32,000 nt of DNA from Ferrimonas senticii DSM 18821 (lineage in GTDB: Bacteria; Pseudomonadota; Gammaproteobacteria; Enterobacterales; Shewanellaceae): the NCBI RefSeq assembly GCF_000422665.1, contig NZ_KE383900.1, positions 42,407-74,406 on the forward strand, written 5' to 3'. The position numbers were made by a program, and so were the translations under genes. Below the pieces are notes generated by a model. The model ran no database searches, was not told the origin of the DNA, and saw only the letters and a list, made by a program, of their open reading frames with translations. Shown piece after piece: positions 26,687 to 32,000 of the stretch (the first letter of the stretch is position 1; every line of letters starts with the position of its first letter).

Positions 26687-27865
26687 TTACAGCAGTGACA
26701 GTGCCGCTTGTGGCAGTTGGTTGGCTTGCGCCAGCATTGCCGAAGAGGACTGTGACAGCACCTGCTGCTTCGCCAACTCTGCAGACTCTTTGGCAAAGTC
26801 AACGTCTTGAATACGAGAGCGCGCATCCGCTACGTTGGTTTGGATATTACCCAAGTTGTTGATGGTGTGGTTGAAACGGTTTTGTACCGCACCCAGGTCG
26901 GCGCGTTGTTCGTCGATTTGGGAAATCGCGGCATCAATAACGTCAATCGCCAACTGAGAGGTTTCAGCAGAAGAAAGATCTATGGTATTCACACTGGTTT
27001 CAGCGCCGCGGGTAAGGGCTAAAGTAGTGGTGACACCGGTTCCGCTAGCAGCAGCAGTTAGAGTTGCATCGCCGGACATCCCCCCCGAAAAGGTTAAGTC
27101 GCCATCATCGTTCAGAGATGCTTGCACGCCTGTGTCCTTCAGCTTGTCATTTACGGCAGTAACCAGCGCTTCAGGAGTCTTTTCAGCAAGATCTTTAACT
27201 TCCAACTCAATGCTAATAGCGGCTTCTGCTCCGCTGCCATCAGCGTCATATGTAAAGGTCAATTTACCATCATTAGCTTCGGGATCACCGCTTGCAGCTT
27301 CCAATAATTTGGTGACGTCACCAGCTGCATAAGAGCCTGATATAGAGGTAGTTAAGCCAAGCTTATCAGCACTAATATCGCTTAACGTGACACCAATAGT
27401 CTCGTTGGAATTAGAACCAACCTGAAACTGTTTGGTACCAAAAGATCCATCAAGCAGGCTCTGGCCACCGAACGAAGTGGTTTCCGAGATCCGGGTCAAC
27501 TCCTCTTGCAGCGCAACAACCTCTTTTTGAATCGAGGCACGATCTTCATCGGAATTGGAACCGTTGGCGGACTGCAATGACAGATCACGCATGCGCTGCA
27601 GGATGTTGGTGGATTCTTGCATCGCGCCTTCGGCGGTCTGAGCGATGGAGATGCCATCGTTGGCGTTGCGCATCGCTACGTCGATGCCGTTCACCTGTGA
27701 GGTCAAACGGTTGGAGATCTGCATCCCCGCGGCGTCGTCTTTGGCCGAGTTAATGCGCAAGCCGGTGGAGAGACGCTCCATCGCGGTTTGGGTGGCAGAG
27801 TTAGCGCCGTTAACACTGCGCTGGGCGGTCATTGAAGTGACGTTGGTATTTACGGTAATAGCCAT
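26687..27865 (-). CDS. Flagellin (polar, Vibrio Fla-type)
   Basis: 392 aa. Conserved N-terminal D0/D1 ([17 protein letters not shown]...[23 protein letters not shown]) and C-terminal D1/D0 ([71 protein letters not shown]) flank a variable middle. It has its own sigma28 promoter and terminator. Confidence 0.97.
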   Translation of the reverse strand: MAITVNTNVTSMTAQRSVNGANSATQTAMERLSTGLRINSAKDDAAGMQISNRLTSQVNGIDVAMRNANDGISIAQTAEGAMQESTNILQRMRDLSLQSANGSNSDEDRASIQKEVVALQEELTRISETTSFGGQSLLDGSFGTKQFQVGSNSNETIGVTLSDISADKLGLTTSISGSYAAGDVTKLLEAASGDPEANDGKLTFTYDADGSGAEAAISIELEVKDLAEKTPEALVTAVNDKLKDTGVQASLNDDGDLTFSGGMSGDATLTAAASGTGVTTTLALTRGAETSVNTIDLSSAETSQLAIDVIDAAISQIDEQRADLGAVQNRFNHTINNLGNIQTNVADARSRIQDVDFAKESAELAKQQVLSQSSSAMLAQANQLPQAALSLL

Positions 27866-27936
27866 GATTTTATTCCTTAATTTAATCGATAGCCGCCGGG
27901 ACCAACCATCACTGCTGTATCCCCGCTACAGTCAGG

Positions 27937-27963
27937 TTTTCGGCGCAAGGCGACGAACCTTTA
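27937..27963 (-). promoter_or_regulatory. Sigma28 (FliA) promoter upstream of the flagellin gene
   Basis: The minus strand reads (C)TAAA-GGTTCGTCGCCTTGC-GCCGAAAA, with exact N15 spacing and a -10 matching 7 of 8. It lies about 70 nt upstream of the flagellin ATG. Confidence 0.75.
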
Positions 27964-28030
27964 GCAATTTTTTGGCGAAATAGTGTTAGCCGGTTGTTGT
28001 AGTGAAATTCGCCCTCGAACAACAGCAAAC

Positions 28031-28070
28031 GCCAACAAACAAAAATCCCCGTGCCAACGGCAACGGGGAT
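28031..28070 (-). terminator. Rho-independent terminator after galU
   Basis: The minus strand reads ATCCCCGT-(T)GCC-GTT-GGC-ACGGGGAT followed by TTTTTGTTTGTT. This is a strong hairpin plus U tract, 30 nt after the galU stop, and it isolates the flagellin promoter from upstream transcription. Confidence 0.85.
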
Positions 28071-28099
28071 CGCTAGTTTGCTGGTGCGTCTGCCTGCGC

Positions 28100-28984
28100 T
28101 TACTTCAGGCTGTTAACGAACTCACTGAATTGTTCACCCAGCTCTGGATGGCGCATGGCGTACCGCAGATTGGCCTTCATGTAATCCAGCTTGTTGCCAC
28201 AATCGTGGGATTCGCCGGTCATGTGGAACGCTTCCACGGTTTGCTGCTGCATTAGCATGGCGATGGCGTCGGTCAACTGGATCTCATCACCGGCGCCCAG
28301 CGGAGTGCGCGCCAACAGTGGCCAGATGTCCGCAGGCAGGATGTAACGGCCCACCACCGCCAAGTTTGACGGCGCCTCTTCCTGCTTCGGTTTTTCCACC
28401 ACCGCCGTCATCGGCGCTGAATCGCCAGGCTGCAACTGGGCACCACCACAATCAGCCACGCCGTAGCTGGAAACCTGCGCCATCGGTACCGGTTCAACCA
28501 TAATCTGGCTGTGACGGGTTTGCTCGAAGCGCTGCTTCATCAACGCCAAGTTTTCGCGGGTTTGATCGGCGGTGTATTCATCCAAAATCACATCCGGCAA
28601 CACCACCGCAAACGGGTTGTCACCCACCACCGGCTGAGCGCACAGCACCGCATGGCCTAGGCCTTTGGCCTCGCCTTGACGCACATGCATGATGGTCACA
28701 TCTTTCGGGCAGATCGCTTGTACCTCTGCCAGCAGCTGCCGTTTAACCCGCTTCTCCAAGGTCGCTTCCAGTTCAAACGAGGTATCAAAGTGGTTTTCAA
28801 TGGCGTTTTTCGAAGCGTGGGTAACCAGCACAATCTCTTTAAAACCGGCGGCGACACATTCGGCGACGATGTATTGGATCAGCGGTTTATCCACCAATGG
28901 CAACATCTCTTTGGGGATGGCTTTGGTGGCTGGCAGCATGCGGGTACCTAGACCCGCAACCGGAATAATGACTTTGGAAAGCAT
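28100..28984 (-). CDS. galU: UTP-glucose-1-phosphate uridylyltransferase GalU
   Basis: 294 aa. The N-terminal nucleotide-binding motif [33 protein letters not shown], then [13 protein letters not shown], shows typical GalU collinearity. Confidence 0.95.
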   Translation of the reverse strand: MLSKVIIPVAGLGTRMLPATKAIPKEMLPLVDKPLIQYIVAECVAAGFKEIVLVTHASKNAIENHFDTSFELEATLEKRVKRQLLAEVQAICPKDVTIMHVRQGEAKGLGHAVLCAQPVVGDNPFAVVLPDVILDEYTADQTRENLALMKQRFEQTRHSQIMVEPVPMAQVSSYGVADCGGAQLQPGDSAPMTAVVEKPKQEEAPSNLAVVGRYILPADIWPLLARTPLGAGDEIQLTDAIAMLMQQQTVEAFHMTGESHDCGNKLDYMKANLRYAMRHPELGEQFSEFVNSLK

Positions 28985-28990
28985 GATGAC

Positions 28991-29947
28991 CTAGCTGTAT
29001 TGATTGATAAGCGCTTGGATAAATTGCGACAGTTGCGCAGCGGGCAACCGGTTGATCCCCGCCGCCGCTTGGCGACCGCCACCGCCGACAAACTGACTGC
29101 AGAGTGTATCGGCACCGATCTTATTCGCCAACGGGGCGCGCACGCTGACTCGGTGGCTGCCATCGGCATTACCGGTTAATACCGCGTGCGCCCTGCGAGG
29201 ATACCGATTTGCAAGGGTATTGCCAAATACCCCACTGATCCGCCGTGACCAAGGCTGTGAACCTAAATCATAAACGGCGCTATGCTCGCCAACATGCAGC
29301 GGCTGGATCTGCTGTGCTAGCGCCATATCTTCGGCAAACGCCTGCTGCAAAAAACGAAATGGCGAATCGCTGGCGGCGATAAAATCCAGTGGACAAGCGT
29401 AGGGCAGCAGTTGGCTAAACAGCTGGGTTGGCGCAATGTGCAGATCGCTGACGCTGTCGCCATAACTGTTGTAGTTCAGCAAGGTGCCAAGCTCGCGCAG
29501 TTGTTGCGCTTGTCGGTTGGTTAGACCGGCCTGCTTGGCTAACTTATCGGCCACCGCAACCACGTTATCGCCATACGCGGCAACGATGGCCCAACGCCGA
29601 TAACGACCAGCAAGGTAGTTATCCACCAGTAACGCCGTACAGCAATTGGCAGCGGTGTTGATATGGGCGGTCAAATTAGGATGGGGCGTCAGCTTGTCGG
29701 CTTGATGGTGATCGAAATACTCAACCGTAACCCCGGCCTGAAGCAGCAACGCCAGTGGCTCGGCGTTTTTATCCAGCGAAATATCCAGCACGGTGATGCT
29801 GTCCCCTGCCACCGCGTTAACTCGCTTGAGCAACTGAATATCGCGCTTGACCCCAGTGATCAGTGTGCTCGATTTAGGCTTAGCCAAACGCAGTTGCAAC
29901 AACGACAAGATGCCATCGGCGTCGCCATTAAATAGGTCAAAGTGCAT
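28991..29947 (-). CDS. DHH/DHHA1-family phosphoesterase, function unassigned
   Basis: 318 aa. DHH motifs are readable: motif I FNGDADGI, motif II VLDISLD, motif III YFDHHQ, and a DHHA1-type glycine motif FVGGGGRQAAAG (the usual form is GGGH..AAG). The ATG is 3 nt after the cysC TAA, with GGAG inside the cysC 3' end. The stop lies 6 nt before the galU ATG. Confidence 0.75.
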   Translation of the reverse strand: MHFDLFNGDADGILSLLQLRLAKPKSSTLITGVKRDIQLLKRVNAVAGDSITVLDISLDKNAEPLALLLQAGVTVEYFDHHQADKLTPHPNLTAHINTAANCCTALLVDNYLAGRYRRWAIVAAYGDNVVAVADKLAKQAGLTNRQAQQLRELGTLLNYNSYGDSVSDLHIAPTQLFSQLLPYACPLDFIAASDSPFRFLQQAFAEDMALAQQIQPLHVGEHSAVYDLGSQPWSRRISGVFGNTLANRYPRRAHAVLTGNADGSHRVSVRAPLANKIGADTLCSQFVGGGGRQAAAGINRLPAAQLSQFIQALINQYS

Positions 29948-29950
29948 CGG

Positions 29951-30568
29951 TTACTCCGCTGCCGCAGGGATCACCCCGGCGTTAGTCAGTGCCTCAATAA
30001 TCTGCTCCACCGCTTGGTCGATGCTGTGCTCGGCGGTGCGCAGGTGGATCTCGGGCGCCACTGGCGCTTGATAGGCGGAATCGATGCCGGTGAAGTTGGC
30101 TATCTCGCCACGGCGCGCTTGTTGATAGAGCCCTTTGGGATCGCGCTGCTCACAAACAGCCAACGGCGTATCGACAAACACCTCAAAGAATTGGCCTTCA
30201 CTAAGTAACTCGCGCACCGCTTGGCGTTCACGGCTAAATGGCGAGATAAAGGCGCTCAGTACGATGGTACCGGCATCAACAAACAGCTTGCTGACCTCGG
30301 CGACGCGGCGAATGTTTTCCACTCTGTCGGCATCAGAAAAACCCAGATCACCGTTTAATCCATGGCGAATATTATCGCCATCAAGCAGATAGGTTTGATA
30401 ACCAGCTTGATGCAACTTGACCTCTAGGGCATTGGCGATGGTCGATTTACCCGAACCGCTTAAGCCAGTAAACCACAGCAGCGCCGGCTGATGACCGTTG
30501 CGCGCCAACCGCTGTTGATGACTGACCGCATGTTGATGCCACTGCACGTTCCGGCTTACCTGCGCCAT
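29951..30568 (-). CDS. cysC: Adenylyl-sulfate (APS) kinase CysC
   Basis: 205 aa with P-loop [33 protein letters not shown] and SAFISPF motifs characteristic of APS kinase. Confidence 0.95.
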   Translation of the reverse strand: MAQVSRNVQWHQHAVSHQQRLARNGHQPALLWFTGLSGSGKSTIANALEVKLHQAGYQTYLLDGDNIRHGLNGDLGFSDADRVENIRRVAEVSKLFVDAGTIVLSAFISPFSRERQAVRELLSEGQFFEVFVDTPLAVCEQRDPKGLYQQARRGEIANFTGIDSAYQAPVAPEIHLRTAEHSIDQAVEQIIEALTNAGVIPAAAE

Positions 30569-30652
30569 GGTTAGTTCCTTTTACTGTATTAACCCGAACC
30601 GCCAGCATACCTTGGCCCGCCGCTGGGCAGCAGAACCATATCGAATCAGTTA

Positions 30653-30679
30653 TAAAAAAAGCCGCTCATAGAGCGGCTT
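30653..30679 (-). terminator. Rho-independent terminator after the permease gene
   Basis: The minus strand reads AAGCCGCTC-TAT-GAGCGGCTT followed by TTTTTTAT, a canonical hairpin plus U7, about 28 nt after the stop. Confidence 0.88.
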
Positions 30680-30706
30680 AGTGGTTTTGATATCAAGCTT
30701 TGGGGA

Positions 30707-31966
30707 TTAACCAAACTGTGGCAACAGCCCCAGCAGGTGCAGCGTTTCGGCAACCAGCGCCAATACGCCAAAGCCAAACACCAGATTCAACCGCGCCATA
30801 CCGCCAGCCACTTGGAACTGACCCTGTTGACCGCGCTGACGCAGCACCCGCGCCATCATCGGCGGCAAAATCAGCACAAACACTACCGCCGCCAAGGCCG
30901 CATAACCAATGGCGGTAATAAAGCCATTTGGTGCCAAAGCGCCGCCGATCGCCGGTGGCAAGAAGGTAATAACCCCAGCAACCAGGCTGTGCTTGAGGCT
31001 ATCACCCAACTTAAAGAAATCTTTGACCAAGTCTTGCAGACCCAACGCCACGCCAATAAACGAGCTGGCCAGTGCCAAGTTACCAAACACCATCAGCGCC
31101 GATTCAACCCCAGTAACGTCGGTCGACTGCCCTACGGCGCTGATCAAGGTAGCAACGTTACCGCCTTCGGCAATGATCGCGCTGAACTGCTCGCGACCGA
31201 CGTTGCCCATAATCGCCAACTGCCATACCACGTATACCAGCAGCGTCAGCAACATCCCTAGCAGCACCGCTAATCGCACCCGCTGCATATCTTTGTTGTA
31301 GTGTTTGGCCAGTGACGGCACGGTGCTGTGAACGCCGAAACTGGTCACCAGCAGTGGGATAGCCACCCACAAGTAGGACAGGCTGTCGCTAAATGGCAGC
31401 GCCGGGAACAACTTATCGGCATCGGCCGACACCGTCAGCATTGAGGTGGAGCCAAAAAACGTCAGCACCATCCCGCCGAGCATAATCACCGACACCTTAT
31501 CGACCACTCGCGAACCGGCAATCACTAAGGTGGCGAACACCACCGCAAACAATACCGCGGCGCTGGAATGGGACAAGTTCATCCCCATATCAGCGGCGAC
31601 TTGCGCCACGATGGAACTGCCGCCGGAGATGTAGGCGTAGCAGAGGATAAAACTGACAAAAGCGACACAGCCAGTAGCAAACAGTTTGCCCAGCGGCCCC
31701 AAGGTATCGGCGGCGATGGTGGTAAAGCTAGCCCCCTCTGGGTAGTGCTGGCCCGCTTCAATCATGTACAAGCTGGTGGTGTAGGCGCAAAAGCAGCAGA
31801 ACAGCAGCAGTGCCATCGACACCGAGAACCACATCCCTGCACTGTATACCGGCAGGGCAAACATCCCGGCACCAACGGCGGTACCGGCAATAATCATCGC
31901 ACCGCCCAAAATACTGGGCATTTTTTTGGTTGGAGCAGCGCTCACTGAGGCAGTGGTCTCAGACAT
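30707..31966 (-). CDS. Aromatic amino acid permease, HAAAP family (TyrP/Mtr/TnaB-like)
   Basis: 419 aa with about 11 TM segments. It is collinear with E. coli TyrP-type transporters (GGAMIIAGTAVGAGMFALP near the N-terminus; FGNLALASSFIGVALGL...ITFLPP...GYA near the C-terminus). Substrate cannot be assigned from sequence. The start could also be the internal Met (MPSILGG). Confidence 0.88.
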   Translation of the reverse strand: MSETTASVSAAPTKKMPSILGGAMIIAGTAVGAGMFALPVYSAGMWFSVSMALLLFCCFCAYTTSLYMIEAGQHYPEGASFTTIAADTLGPLGKLFATGCVAFVSFILCYAYISGGSSIVAQVAADMGMNLSHSSAAVLFAVVFATLVIAGSRVVDKVSVIMLGGMVLTFFGSTSMLTVSADADKLFPALPFSDSLSYLWVAIPLLVTSFGVHSTVPSLAKHYNKDMQRVRLAVLLGMLLTLLVYVVWQLAIMGNVGREQFSAIIAEGGNVATLISAVGQSTDVTGVESALMVFGNLALASSFIGVALGLQDLVKDFFKLGDSLKHSLVAGVITFLPPAIGGALAPNGFITAIGYAALAAVVFVLILPPMMARVLRQRGQQGQFQVAGGMARLNLVFGFGVLALVAETLHLLGLLPQFG

Positions 31967-32000
31967 CAGAGGTTCTCTTCGCTTGTAGTAATTGTCAGTC

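Noticed and set aside
27983-28255. A 90-aa plus-strand ORF spanning the galU terminator and the galU 3' end.
   Set aside because: It runs through a terminator hairpin and then antisense to galU, with Cys/Arg-rich nonsense at the N-terminus and no RBS.

Overview
Positions 1-27,865 are a single minus-strand polar-flagellum and chemotaxis locus of the Vibrio/Aeromonas/Shewanella/Pseudomonas type. Reading from high to low coordinates it contains one flagellin gene, flaG-fliD-flaI-fliS, the sigma54 regulators flrA-flrB-flrC, fliEFGHIJ, fliKLMNOPQR, flhB, and flhA-flhF-flhG-fliA-cheY-cheZ. cheZ runs off the left edge. The right end (28,100-31,966, also minus strand) is housekeeping: a tightly packed cysC / DHH-DHHA1 phosphoesterase / galU unit and a TyrP/Mtr-like aromatic amino acid permease. 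All 33 coding regions lie on the minus strand. Every long plus-strand ORF in the track is an antisense shadow of one of these genes. The ORF track accepts GTG/TTG starts, so I moved several 5' ends (fliM, fliR, fliK, fliI, flrC, flaG) to better-supported ATGs. From the sequence I can read four sigma54 -24/-12 promoters (upstream of flrB, fliE, fliK, flhA), two near-consensus sigma28 promoters (flagellin, flaG) and four rho-independent terminators. I see no tRNA/rRNA, CRISPR, transposase, integrase, prophage or recognisable defence genes. I also see no unexplained protein-coding system, so this is essentially a conserved core locus. The most unusual structure is non-coding: a family of 7-bp tandem-repeat arrays (plus-strand consensus YAGTTKN, including 11 perfect copies of TAGTTGT) occupying three intergenic spacers of the cluster. 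At the third site, arrays of both orientations face each other. Secondary curiosities are the cysC-DHH-galU unit abutting the flagellin gene and an abrupt codon-usage shift in the flagellin central domain. Functional statements about these elements are inference only.
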